This document shows, in pieces, positions 1 through 22,340 of a DNA stretch of 64,000 nucleotides. Source of the stretch: Macrostomum lignano (taxonomy: Eukaryota). Below the pieces are notes generated by a model. It was given only the letters and a program-made list of their open reading frames with translations. It did not search any database and was not told the origin of the DNA. The stretch spans positions 1,734 to 65,733 of the forward strand of contig NIVC01004002.1 in assembly GCA_002269645.1 (NCBI GenBank), read 5' to 3'. A program made the translations under genes and the position numbers. Every line of letters starts with the position of its first letter. The stretch's first letter is position 1.

Positions 1-909
1 CATGCAGGCATCAAGATTTTGCGCAGTCAATAATATATATTGTTAATCAGAATATTTGTGCTAAAGGCTTACACAAGCACACAATAGTTGATAGCAGTAT
101 AAATACAGATAAATATAATTTGTTAATTAAAAAGGCTGGTGCCGCGGTGGAAAAAGTGGCTAAAATCCCCGGTCTATCGCCCGGCCAGAGACATGCAGTA
201 TCAGCCGCATCAGACTGTACTGTAAGAAGGCTAAAAACATAAGAAGTCCATAGCGTCAGTTAGGCGATTAAAAACATGTTAAGGTTACGCAATCCGCACC
301 GTGACAACCTGGGAGGATTAGTGCAGTCGTATGCGGCAATCAGAGCTGCTAATATTGGGCACAGGGCTTTAATAACATGGAGAGCAGAGGCTGAAATTTG
401 CGGCAGGACAGCCAGCGAGCTGAGGTCACTACTGGAAAGCGGACAAACAAGTAGTAAGTCTGGCTTGAGCTCTTGTAGTTGCCTATTGGAAATGACACAG
501 ACGGGCCTATTAAGCAAAAAAATGACAAAAGCAAGGATGCGGGGAAGAGGGTTAACTGGAGCTTTAATTAGTGGGTAAGGCAAGCATTATTACTATTGCT
601 ACCCAGGCATGAACGGAAGCCGGACGCGCGCCATCGCGGGAAGCGCTTAGGGTTGGCGCTGGCGCGGAATTCCCCAAAAAGGAGCGGCTTTATTTAGCTA
701 ATAAAAGTGCGCACGGAGATGGAAATAAGCGGCGGAATGCGGGGCGGTGCAGCTCCGATGCGCCAGAACTAATTACAAGGAATAGAAAATCAACTACCCA
801 GCTATTGCGTCTCTGTCCATAGCAGTTGAAGGCAAAAAACAAAACTCAAACCGCAATAAAAAACGAACCAAAAACAAGTGGGACAAATTTGCTCATGTCT
901 CTGCCAGCT

Positions 910-9693
<8,784 letters not shown>

Positions 9694-9891
9694 GGCGAGC
9701 AGGCGAGGCTAACTGGCTCAGAAAATATTCGCTTTGCAGTCAGTGCAAGCTGCTATTGCATTTCATTGGGAAGCATGGGATTGAGTATTTGTGCTGTTAG
9801 CATGTAAGTTGCAGTGTACAATTACTCAGATAATGCTGCTTTTCAAAGCATTTCATTGTTACATATAAGCCTTATATCAGACTGCTCCTGA

Positions 9892-10278
9892 CTGGGTTTT
9901 TTGTGCGAATGGGTGCGAATAGCATCCTGGTCTTAAAAATCGCACCCTGAAATTTGACTCAGGGTGCGAAAAGCGCACCAGAATTTTTTGCAAGGATGTG
10001 AAGCGGATTTCACAATTTAGTGTTATGGACGTCTATGGAAGCTTCGTGTTCTTAGAATTAGCCAGTAATTTTTTGAATCCTTAATTAATGTAGTTTAAGG
10101 AATTGTCAACTGTCGATTAAATTTTGGTAAGCAGAACCTGATGAATTGAATACTGAATAGTATTCTGGGTTTTTTTGTGCGAATGGGTGCGAATAGCACC
10201 CTGGTCTTAAAAATCGCACCCTGAAATCGAGCACAGGATGCAAAATCGCACCCAAGTTATGGACGAAAAAAAACCCTG
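9892..10278. mobile_element. Non-autonomous hAT-like MITE with 8-bp TSD
   Basis: Ends CTGGGTTTTTT and AAAAAAAACCCTG (imperfect TIR); GCTCCTGA at 9884-9891 and 10279-10286; the left-end segment is duplicated internally at about 10165-10240. Confidence 0.75.
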
Positions 10279-12768
10279 GCTCCTGATATTATATCAAGGT
10301 TTTGATCATTAATCAAAAACAAATACAGAATTCTTCACTATTGTAAAAGTAGCAATGGCACATTAGATGCACTGAAATAATACTCAATAACTTGGCTGTC
10401 TACATATATGCCTTAATAAAACAAATAAATAAATATAACAAATGAAATAAATAAAACAAAATCACATAACAGAGTCGAAGTAGGGTACATCGTTTAAGGA
10501 AAGTTGGGAGAATAAAAGCAAAAGCCCACCATGAACATCCAACTTGGTTGTAGAAGGGTGTGTCCATTCAAGGGTGTTCTGACCTATGTGCTTGCCTTTC
10601 AAACTTTGCCATATAACTTTGCTACCCACACATGCTTTATTTGCATCATATTAGCTCACTAGACTTAAAAAATTTACCAAATTTCTGTAAAATTGCCTGA
10701 AGATGCCAATTGTTTGGTAAAACATGTTGCGCAAACATGAATAAAATTGTATTTGATATCAGTAAAGAAAGAAAACATGCAAATGTTTGTTTTTGCTATC
10801 ATTCTCCTAACATAACAGGTCATATTAAATATACACTTTAAATGCAATTTGCAACTTAAGTTTGGCTAAGATAAAAGTATGCTAGGATTACAAAGAATAC
10901 ATTTCAGTATTCTGCTTTTGATATGAATAATTTTAACATGTAGCAATTAATGCTTTTGGGGATAGATACATTAGGAAAATTATTTTAACATGTTATTTTT
11001 TATTGTACAATGGCTTTAAGCCCTCAATTTGAGCTTGATGCTGAGCTCAGCTCTCAATCTGTTTTATTATTGTTAATTCTTAGTTTGATCTATTCAAACA
11101 TTTCATTTTATTAACAAAATTTCATGCACTCAGATAACTAAATATGTCTACTGTATGGAATCAATTGTTTCACCTGCAACATTTTTATTGCTGTGAACAA
11201 ATAATATTTGTTATACCCCATGGCCATTATACTAGTAAATTAAGTAAAAAAACTGATTTGTTTCAGGTGATTTTCTACGCTATGGTCAATTGTACAGTTT
11301 TGATTTTTCATTAATTTTAGTACTTAGAACTCAGAAGCCTATAGTTGATATTGAATTTTGGCTTTAAATTTACATCTTTGCTTTGATTTTTCTTATTATG
11401 TATAGTTAACTCAATTTTGTAAATCTCTATATAACACATTTTTAAGCTTTAAGTATTTTAACTTACGGTGGTTTTGTGGATTACTCATTCTAGATTATTC
11501 CTGCTAATAAATAGATAAGTAATTCTTTTAATTTGGGTTTTCAAATTCACTTGCTAGAAAGAATATTACTAAATATTTCAGACACATTTGAAAAAATTTT
11601 TTTATATATATATCATTACTTTATATGCTGCTTTAATAAATAGCTTATTATAATCAGTTAAACATATACTTTAAAAGGCTATCAAATTTAACAAATAGGC
11701 CTAGTATATAAAATATTTTACCTAAATAAACTAAACTAAACATAATAATATCTAAATAGCTAATAGTTTAGTATAGGATTTAAAAATTCAAAAGCTTAGA
11801 AATTCCTTAAAATAGTTTGCATAGAGGCAAAGCCAAGGGGTAATAAGGTATAATCAGAACAAATAGGGTTAGGGTTAGGGTTAGGGGTTAGTTTAGAGCT
11901 CTAGAGAGCTTTTCCTGTGTATAACTACAGTGGTGGCAGCAAACTACTACTATCAGCAAAAATATTGACAAACTTAGCTTATTTTGAAGTTTTCCCCCAT
12001 TTTGGCTATAAATTTCTGCATTTAGCATTCTGGATATTGGCAAAACTAGACCACTCAGCTGCAACCACAGCTACCCTCCCCCTGAGCCCAAGGAACTCAG
12101 CAGCCGGAGCTCCCTGTCATCTGCAAGCTGAGATCTTTGCTTAAGTTTGTTTGAATCGTAGAAGCTGCACCGATTTTAACTGCTGAGCCAAACAAATTAA
12201 ATCTCAACCAACAACGTAGTTGAAAACCCCCGACCTCGTTATCACTAGTTACATAGGAGATTAATAAATTGGGCTCCTGTTACCTCTGAGGGTAATTTTT
12301 TGCAGTTTTTTTATTTATTATCATTTTGGACAGCCTTTAAGACTCTGGCAAAAGTTTTAGAAAAATTGGAAAATTGGAAGTATTTTATGTACCTAAAGTT
12401 CAAGAAGTCTAGTGTTGTTGATACTAACTTTGATAGTACCAACAATACCATTTGGCTATTGTGTATTACATCTCAATACTTTTTTAGCAATATTGGACCA
12501 TAGTACTACATGATACTTTTTTAAGTCTATTATATTATAATATGTAGTCCAATACTTTCTTATAAAATAATATTATTTTTTGTATTTAGTGTTTAAAATG
12601 TGGATATGTATATCTTTGGATAGGTTTTTACCACAGATACAAACTCATTGACTAGAAGGTAAAGCCTATCAAAGTAATGCTTTTCAAGGACCTAGTTATA
12701 GATAGAATGGCCTCCAACTTTTGTAGTATCACATCCCAAGTATTGAGTTGTCCTTGTATATATGTAAG

Positions 12769-13311
12769 TATACATATGCAATTGCTAGCTGACCTGGCCA
12801 ATTTAGCCACAATAAATTATGATAGACCAGAGATGTCATACAAATGCACATAAATGTGCAAACCCCCTGATTTGCACTGCCCATGCAACTTACTTTTTGA
12901 CTAGAAATGCAACTTACCTGTGAAAGAAACCCTTAAGCAAAATCAATGCAATGTTGGGTAAATGGCAGGAGTAACTATAATTGTTTTACAAGGGCTAAAT
13001 TAGATGACGCTAAATACCTCGTCATCTAATTAGTACTATGTCTGTATTCTTTGGGGTGGGAATTTTTGCAACTTACCCTTAGTCCACCACAATTTACAGT
13101 GGCCAGATCAGCCAGGTTGGCCAGCAGTTGCGCATGTATGAAAATGCACACCCCAAAAGAATAGACATTGTTCTAATTAGATGATGAGGCATTTAACCTT
13201 AAAAACAATCATAGTTATTCCTTCTATTTATCCAAAATTGCATTAATTTTGCTTAAGGGTTTCTTTCACAGGTAAGTTAAAAAGTATGGCCAGTGTAAAT
13301 CAAGGGGGTTG
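12769..13311. mobile_element. Foldback/MITE-like inverted-repeat element
   Basis: Imperfect inverted arms at about 12860-13058 and 13149-13311; CATACATGCGCAAC-type end motif at about 12769 and, inverted, at 13131-13140. Confidence 0.6.
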
Positions 13312-15441
13312 TAGATATGTATGTGAGATACTGAGATAGTGCCTGAAATAATAGCCTATTTTTATGCAAAAATAATACTCTACATTTTCTTAAAAATGCA
13401 CACAGTTAAATTTACATGAAAAAGAAATTATTCTTACTTTTGTTTAAATGTTGTTATTCTTAAAAATATTAGCTTTTGTTAAAAACATGTTGAAAATTCT
13501 AGTAGAAATAGAAGCCCTTAGTGTGCCAAGAGAAGCAACTTGCCACAAGCTTTCAATTGCGAGCAAAGTTTGATAAGTCCTTCCTAAAGCTTTAAAAAAG
13601 GAAATTGTGTTTAGTTTCATTTGGGCCACAAATGATTGTCTACGGAAATTGTGAACTAAGTAACTTTTTGCGTGCCTTTCAGGCATCGAAACAGGAATAC
13701 AACAGATTGCTTATCTGCGAATAGTCTATGGTCAAGCCACCTCCCATCTTTGGATATTCCCAATGGGTTATATTTGGATATACCCATTTGCAGATAAGCA
13801 GTCTGTATATTCCTATATCAATGCATTTGCGGGGATATTTTTTATTCAATACAACAAAGCTGAATAAACAGATTGTATACATGTACAAAAATGGCCATAA
13901 CGTGGGCATAATGAAATGTGGACCAATTGTTCCACAATAATTGATGAGTAGAGCTAGAATTGACAATAATTACACTCACATCGGCCGCATTGCATGGTTT
14001 GTTCCGCATGGGATCCTTGGGGCAAGCCTCTTCTTCGCTTGGCAGTGATGGCAGAGCATCATCATTACCGCATTCAATGAATTGGAACAACTCCATCAAC
14101 TCTTTGTCATCCGCCTTGTCACGTCCACCTATACTCAAGTCACGTCCACCCATACTCAAGTCGCTGAGAAAGTTGACCTCATTTCCATTCAAGCTGTCAA
14201 TGCTTTCAATCAGCAAATTCGACCAATTTATCATTCATATGAGTGGCATGAATAGAGGTTAGGGCAAACAGAAGAAACAGAAACATGTATCCTCTGCTGC
14301 AGAGTTCCAGCTTATAAGACCACAACTTCATTTAACATGTTTTGTCTATGGTAATTTCAGACTGTTCCGCTTAACTTTTCATTCCAGAAATTTAGTCTAT
14401 GGCCATCATTTGGCTTGCACCAAGTGGAAAATTCCTATGACACAAATCCCTAGAATCACTCAGTGAACAATTCCCATCTGGAAAGTTGTGTCCTAGCCAT
14501 TTTGAATTGGTTTTGGACAAAACTAGACACAATTCTACTATTGAGAGTTCAGGCCTCACACACAACTGCCTTACTGCATCTTGGCCTACTGGCCTCGATG
14601 CTATGGCAGTTGTGTGTGAATCGTGACCTCTTGATAATCATGCATTATTCAAATTGACTTGTTTATTTCCTAGAGTATTAAGCCCTTTATTGGGAGAATT
14701 AGAATTACTAAAGAGTGAGAATCACCTTAGGGCAATAACCCTATAGGGTGCATAACCTCTTCAGGGCATGAAGATTGCCTCAGGGCAGGAAAAGTGCCTC
14801 AGGGCAGAAAAAACGCATAAGGCTGACCCTCTGATCCAGGGAATGCCAAGGGCTAGGAGAAAACTTATAGGAGTAAATAGAGTAAACAGTGCCATTAGAC
14901 CACTCAGGCCAGAAAGTACAATACATGTACAGACACTACTAATAAGATAAGTAGATGCTACCAATATAAAAGTAGATAGAGAAGTAGGCACGCTACCAAT
15001 ATAGAAGTAGATAGAGAAGTAGGTACGCTACCAATAAGTAAAAGTACATGCAAAAGTGAACTGTCAATAGGAAAACATAGGTATTAGCCCTGTAACAACT
15101 TTGGTGGCATAACAGTGAGATTGTCAAGAGAGAGCAACCACCCCTAGTACAACTTGGTATCAGCTATAAGTTCAAGTAGTAATAGAGAGAAATCCTGCGA
15201 TAACTTGGTAGTAGTTTATGAGATTTTATAGCATAGAAAACATGCCTGTAACAACTGTGGTAAAAGCAGTGGGATTCTTGTTTTTAGAAAACAAAACAGT
15301 TACCCTTGTAACATATGTAGCTAAGACTAAAAAAATTTAATATACTATGAATAAACAAAATAATTAATACACAATAATATTGAAAACAGCAAACTAAGTT
15401 AACAAAACAAGTAAAAAGTACTAGCCTGTCATAGTCTAATT

Positions 15442-15740
15442 CATACATGCGCAACAGTCGGCCGAGTCGGCCGATCCGGCCGACCGATTTGGCGGCCAAC
15501 CAAGGAAGTCGCAAAAATGCCCACCCGAAAAAACACCCAAGTAGTAGTACTAAGTAGCTGACGAGGCATTTTGGCTTAATAAGACAGTCATAGTTACTCC
15601 TGCCGTTTACCCAAAATTGCGTTAATTTTGCTTTAGGGTTTTTTTTACATGTAAGTCGCAATTTTGGCCAAAAACTACGTCGCATTTTTGTTAAAACTAA
15701 GTCGCACGGCCGACCGAATTTTGGAGGTTTCGCATGTATG
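15442..15740. mobile_element. MITE of the same family as 12769-13311
   Basis: TIR CATACATGCG at 15442 and CGCATGTATG at 15731-15740; internal 15560-15660 resembles the 13170-13280 arm. Confidence 0.6.
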
Positions 15741-16185
15741 GTCTAATTGAACTAGACTAAAGTAACTAGTTTAAACTACAAAATTATTATTTTCTAAATG
15801 AGTTTAATTATAGTTTACATGATTATAATAATATAAGCCTAGGCCTACTAACTGTGACCTTTCTTGAAAATGCCAATAGTGAATAGGGCCTAGCAAAGCC
15901 AAAAATTAGTATTTTTTGTTTTTACAGATAGGTTATCAGTTAAAAAGTATAAAATTTAAGAAAAACAAGTATTGCTAATATAGGATTAAGGTATTGGCAA
16001 TATTCAAATTTTGGTATTGGACTATCAATTTTTGGCAATACTATTTTGAGCATTGATAGGCCCTATTAGATTCAGAATATCACTTTAGGTTGATACATTT
16101 TAGAGTATCAATGCCTAATAGTGAAACACTTAGAAAATTAAAACTAGGCCTATAATTCTAATACTAGGCCTAAACTTGGCTAAAG

Positions 16186-16670
16186 CCCATAGTCGGGAAA
16201 GTGGCACAGTGTGTGCCGGAACTATTTTGATGGCTTTTGAACACTGTGCACTATGCGCCGTCCGCCGTGAAGAAAATATTTTGTGCGTCGTAGCGCGCCA
16301 TGATAAGATAAGTCTAAGGTAAGGTAAGGTAAGGTAAGGTAATTAATAATTCATTGGTAAACAAATTTGAATTTATGGTAGACAAATTTGAATTTCATTT
16401 ACATATTTTATATCATGATTTACGTAATTTTAGTACTCTTTGATAATATAACATTTTATTTTACAAATTATGGAATTAGGCCTAACACTATATATTTTGC
16501 AAAGTATAACAAAGTGTAACCATATATTTTTTCAGTGCCATGCGCCATGCCCATGTGCCCCGCAGAGCATTTCCAATTTTTCCTTGTACCCCGTGTGCGC
16601 CGTGTGTGCCAAAAAAGGGCCAATTTGCGCCAGAAAATTCACCAAAAACTGCCACTTTCCCAGCTATGGG
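16186..16670. mobile_element. Non-autonomous DNA transposon with 21-bp TIRs
   Basis: CCCATAGTCGGGAAAGTGGCA at 16186 and TGCCACTTTCCCAGCTATGGG ending at 16670; flanking duplication CTAAAG (6 bp), or GCTAAAGC (8 bp) if the ends are trimmed by 1 nt. Confidence 0.75.
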
Positions 16671-18129
16671 CTAAAGCTGCCTAGGGCCTAGGGGGGGCCT
16701 AATTAATAACACAATACAATACAACCAGAATAGCTTAGGCTTTTAGAAGCTTTTGCAATAGGCCTAATACCTAAAGTGAAAGTCATGCTTGCTTAGGCAA
16801 AGAATATATGAAGGGATTAAATATTTTCAGTATTTTTCTATTGCAATAGCAATGTCTTTTATTTTTTACTTATAGTATTCCTAAAATTTCAGATACAATT
16901 CAGAATATTAAACTGCTTCCTAACCTGACAATGACATTGACATTGATTGACAAGAGTCAAGAGGCAAAAAAGTTAACCTGCTGAAAAAAAGTAAAGACAA
17001 GGACAATTTTTGTCAAAGTTTCAAGTTTATCTAATATTAATAATACAAAAGATTAGTGGTCAAGAACTGTAAAAATAGTTAATTTAGAGGGCTATATATT
17101 ATAGGCCTATTGGAATTGCATTTTGAACTTAGGGCTTTGACTTATATGCTAAAACTTATCACGGCATAGAGATTGGCCTATAGCCCTAGGCTAGTTAGAC
17201 AACTTGACGAGTAAAAAAACTAAAATTAAACAACAAATTATTGAGATAAATTATGATAGGCCTAATTTCTCTTTTGAAAAATCAGCCGCACTCGTTATTC
17301 GTACCCCGGCACCGAGGTTATATAAACAAATGGATGTAGCTGAAAAGTTAACTGGACGTTGATTTTTGGCTTAATCATAGGGGTAAATTTTTTGGTATTT
17401 TTGCTTTGGGTTTAAAGTGTATAAGTGACGCATGCATACAATTTTCTGTGTTAGTATTATTTATAGTTCACTTCATTCAAAACTCTACACGGACTTATAT
17501 CTTGAGCTTGCGTTGGCTATCGACGCAAAAAGACTTTCAGTTATTTGAAAATAAATTATTTTTACTTTCCTTTTTAAAAGTAAAATCTCATTGAAATAAT
17601 GCCATACGCACAGTAAAGGTTTTGTTTCAATCGCTGGTTTAAAATTTGTGAGGCCGAGCTATCGTAAGTGTGGGGTAAGTCGGGATAACCCCATTTGGCA
17701 TTCCGCTGGGGTTATTTTTCCAGTGCTGGATGAAAAACGAGTGTCAATTTAAAATTAATTTGATTTGACCACGTCATGTCTTTCCAGATAGATTTTTTTC
17801 AATATTACAATTGTGCATGGCCTGTGAGGCAGCGCTGGATTCTGCCGCTGTACTTATGACTAAGTGACTAGCTGATTGACTATTGAAATATTGACTGTAC
17901 ATCCAGTGTACCCACCACCTCGGTTTCGTGCCCGGTGCGCCCCACCACCCCAATGCGTTAATAATTATATATTGAGCATCGTTTGTGTTAGCATCGTTTA
18001 AGAATAATATATCGAAACTGAGACATCGTTTATTTTCAAATCATCGCGCTACTCAGTTGAACTCTTAGTTAAACGACGCGACAGCCTGCTGAGGGTACAT
18101 GCAGTTAACATTCATATAAAATAACCATA

Positions 18130-21100
18130 CCCAGTGGCAAAGCCGAGCTCGGCCCGAGCTCGGTCCGCCGAGATCGGGCCGAGCTCGGCGGGTTGACGGC
18201 GGTTCTAGCTCGGGCCGACGACCTCGGGCCGAGGTCGGCTGACCGCGGTAATGCCGAGTAGCTTTGCACTATACTTTCTATTTAGCTTATTATAAAGCTT
18301 ATATTGCTTCTTGCAGATTGACTACATGTGGGTGCCACTTTCACTTTCTATAGAATTTTACTGTACATGTACAATTCGGTATTACATGAAAAAGAAAAGG
18401 TGAATGGGAAAACGACATGACACGAATTGAAACCATCGAGTTAAAGATCCCATGTCATTCCTAGCATGTTAGTGCATTGCAGTGGTAATGTACGCTCGTA
18501 TATGAGCCTAGTTATGGTGAGCCTTTAGTATAACTAGTTAATTGATTTCCCCTCGGAATTAGATACATATCCACCAGACTCAGTTCTCTGACCCAACAAA
18601 TATACAACCAACAGCCATGTTCAGGATTAAATGATTGTGAAATAAGGCAACGATTTAGAAGTTAAAATAATTGAATTAAAAGAACACCGCAACAGTAAAT
18701 CCACCACAAGCACACTAGTGTATTATCAAATGCTAATAATGATACAAGATTAACTTTCAAACCAATAAGCAAGAAAACAGAGAAAAAGTAGCTAAACAGC
18801 TGAAAACAGAGGTTGAGTTAAGGGTTGCGATACGGATTTGGTTGAGCATTTATTAACATTATAAACTGTAAAGACTTCACTTTAGATTGTAGAACGAGAC
18901 GCTTGATACGAGGAAAGCGACTGCAATTTATATTGTAAATATTGAGCACGATACATTGGGTGTAAGAGGCTTAAGGGTGGAGAGCAAGAGCGGCCAGAAT
19001 GCAGAGCGCACATAAGAATGTACAGCGAAATATCGCAGAAGGGAGCACGCAGCGAAACTGGTAAAACACCACCTCAAAACACGGAGTAAAAACAAGCTAA
19101 CAAAACAAACAACAATTCGCCCAGCCAAGTCACCACACTCCTCCCCACAAAGATTAAGCGTTAGATAAAAACGGGAATAAAAGACGCAAATCAGTTTACA
19201 GTCCATAGAGGAACAGTCCATAGTCACTGGTAGCGCAGCCGGTCAGCTTAAGCTCTTGCCCTGGTCGAACGTCAAAGTGGCGCCGCAGAGCTCAACTCTG
19301 GCGCCTGGCCAGGCGTCTCCGCAGGAGCCTCTGGTTGATCGTCAGACACCTCGGCACATAGCGGTTGCTCAACTTTGGAAGGCGCCGCAGGCACTTGATT
19401 GATGTGCCGATGGACCTCTCGACCATCGTCAAACTGGCAAGAGACACAGCCCTGGAGCAGTCGGTCAGAACAGCAGGCTTCCAGCTGCCATCAGCAGCAA
19501 AGTCCCTCGCAACGACTGCGTTGCCCATCTCAATGTGGTGGTCATGGGCATGGGTGTCGTGCTGCTGCTTCTGGATCGCTTGTGGGTAGCCTTAGAATCT
19601 CGCCCCATTTTCTCAAAGTGTTGTATCTAGAACATCAAGGGGGTTAGAATTGAAGCCATATGATGAAAAAGTAAAAAAATTGGAATCAAATACATAAATG
19701 GAAAACACAAAACTGATACCCAAATCTGGCCTGCAGTGCAAAACTGATGCCAAATATGGCATAGGGCCCTAGTATATAAAAATAGCATCAATATCTAGTC
19801 TATGGTGCAAAAATAAAGTAAAAACCTATAATAGTAAAATAAGTATACTATAGTTGTACTAAAAAGTCATTAGAAAAACAATATAGTATAATATGAATAC
19901 TATGAATCTATTCAAAAGAGTAAAAAATTGGCATATACAGCAAAATTACATTAAATTGCCTGCCATAAAATGCACAATTGGTATTATATCCTGGCCCGTA
20001 GTACATAAACAATGTCTTAAATTAACTGATAGTATGTAATTCATGATGGCATTGCCATAGACAAATAAAAAAATAAGAAGCTAGACCTAATATAGTAGGG
20101 ATAAAAATATCATAGGAGCCTAAAAATCTGGCTTTATTTAGGCCATTTTAGACTTTTCAAATCACAGGATTTATGACCTAAGCTAGATATCATTCCTACA
20201 GTTAAGTTATGGTAACTCCTATTGCAATCCTATACTTTTCAACATTTTATCATGAAAATATGCTTTTTGTAGATAAATTGTTTAGTAAAATTTCCATTTA
20301 AGAATCTTGAGCTAAGTCCAGGATTTGGGACGCGACAAGAAATTCTTCTCCTCGGATTTATTCACTTTTAACTCCTAGATAACTATTTGATGGCCATTCT
20401 GAAAATAGCTGGTGAATTGCCATCGTAATATGTCTAATTATCATTAATGAAAACATATTTCATACGCCTATTCATAAATTGTAAGCAAATCTTCATTAAA
20501 CCCAAAAAAGCAAGTTTACATTGCATTACAGTGTAGCTATAGTTCAATTAGTTACGGCTTAACTGTAAGACTAAGTATGTCTCTGGAATTTTTGCCGAAA
20601 CATCTAAATGCTTCCAAAGAACGTGTAATAAAAATAATAACTAAGAAGCTAAATGAATTGCCACGTTAAAAAGAGCTAGACACTGTTTACAATTGACTTG
20701 ACCTGCACGGGAGCAATATATTCAAATGAATGGCAAAAAATGAGCAATAATTACGCCTTAAGTAAATTCTAAAGCAGTTAATTATTTATTTATATTTTTA
20801 CTAACGAAGCTATGTTCTTTTATCTGGTAAATTACTCATATATATAATTGTTAAAATCCAGTACTTCGAATTTTCCGTACCTATAACGCATGCACTTCAT
20901 GGTCGTCTCGAAGGAGAATAAATCCATAAAAGTCAAATCACCTACTCAACGAGGAAACTAATTCAGTAAAAACACAATTAGTATGTGTAAAAAGCACATT
21001 ACACCACTTTGGTGGATCAAAAGTGCTGTATGATTGCGTTGTTTTTGTTTATTGCAAAAGAGTCACTTTTTCAGTGTAAATTATTCATCTATATTTATGC

Positions 21101-21305
21101 GGGGTTTTTTTTAAATCATATTGAATTCATTAGCGTAGGTAAATTCTGCTTAATTGATTAAAACTTTTAATCGGTTAACGGCGCGGCACCCCGAGGTTCT
21201 ACCGAGTTCGGGCCGACGTCGGCTGGCCGACTTTAGTATGGCCGATCGAATGCCGAGTGGCCGACGTCGGCCCGAGCTCGGACCGAGCTCGGCTTTGCCA
21301 CTGGG
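18130..21305. mobile_element. About 3.2-kb TIR element flanked by TA (DNA transposon, superfamily uncertain, possibly CMC/EnSpm-like)
   Basis: TA|CCCAGTGGCAAAGCCGAGCTCGG at 18130 and CCGAGCTCGGCTTTGCCACTGGG|TA ending at 21305; subterminal CCGAGCTCGG/GGCCGA repeats at both ends; no recognisable transposase inside. Confidence 0.75.
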
Positions 21306-21610
21306 TAGGGTCTACTGCATGGATGAGCTAACTAACCTAAGTTAGGTCTAAAGTTTTTCTAGAGGCATGCGCCAATAGAGCCGGCCTATATTCAGGGTCC
21401 CAGGTCAATACTGTACATGCTTTTTCTGTACTTCAGATTATAGACAGGCTGCAAAAGTGGCGACGATCGTGTTCAGATACATGCTCAGTTAATGGACCCT
21501 TCGAAGAGAAGATGGAAACAGCAATACCAAGAGCGTCTTGAGCAATATTCTTTATTGCAAACGATATTGCGACCGAAAAGAAAAGATCAGTCTTTCTTCA
21601 GAGCTCGATC

Positions 21611-22340
21611 ATGCGGGAAAGCAGCTACTATGAAAAAATTCCTGCCCACCAAACTGGCCCCGCCTGCTTAGCCGGTTGGCCCCTGCTTAGCCTGTGCGAG
21701 GCCCCGGCACAGGCTGAATGGTGTCGAGGCCTCGCACAGGATTCTGCCTTCTGCAAGTGCAAGGCGCTGTTCAGCAGAGCGCCGGTGCTCACGCATTTGA
21801 TGGACAAAGCCGCTGGTGCTGGAGTGCGACGCCTCACCGTACGGCATTGGCGCCGTCATCAGCCACCGAATAAACGGCATCGACAGGCTGATCGCCTTGC
21901 TTCGCGCTCGCTACACGAGACTGAGGCGAAGTACTCTCAGTTGGAGAAAGAGTAGACGCTAGCCGTCGTTTTTGGCGTAAAAAAGTTTCACACACCCGAA
22001 TGGCAGGCTGTCACGCTCATCAGCGACCACAAGCCGCTGCTTTGGACTGCTGCACGAGTCAAAACCGATTCCTGCCATGGCTTCCAGCAGAATCCAGCGA
22101 TGGGAGCTCATCCTGGCCATGGCTACAGCTACTCCCATGGTGCACAGGGCGGGCAGTACTGCGTGCAGTTGCTCTTAGCCGCCTGCCTCTTCTGGACAGG
22201 CCCAAGGATGCGTTGAGGCCGGCGGGGATTGTGCTGGTCATGGACTTGCTTGACGAAGGTCCCTGTGACAGCTGGGCATATCCGGGTTTATTAGCCAAGT
22301 TAAGAACGGATCCTGTGCTATCTAAAAGCGCTGCCATTCG
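21611..22340 (+). mobile_element. Degenerate Ty3/Gypsy pol fragment (RT connection and RNase H)
   Basis: Across frameshifts: ECDASPYGIGAVISH, ASRSLHETEAKYSQLEKE, LAVVFGVKKFH, TLISDHKPLL, AMASSRIQRWELILA. These are the canonical Gypsy RNase H motifs; stops and frameshifts are present. Confidence 0.88.

Noticed and set aside
13842-14234. 130-aa acidic ORF
   Set aside because: No recognisable domain or splice context; probably a decayed repeat.
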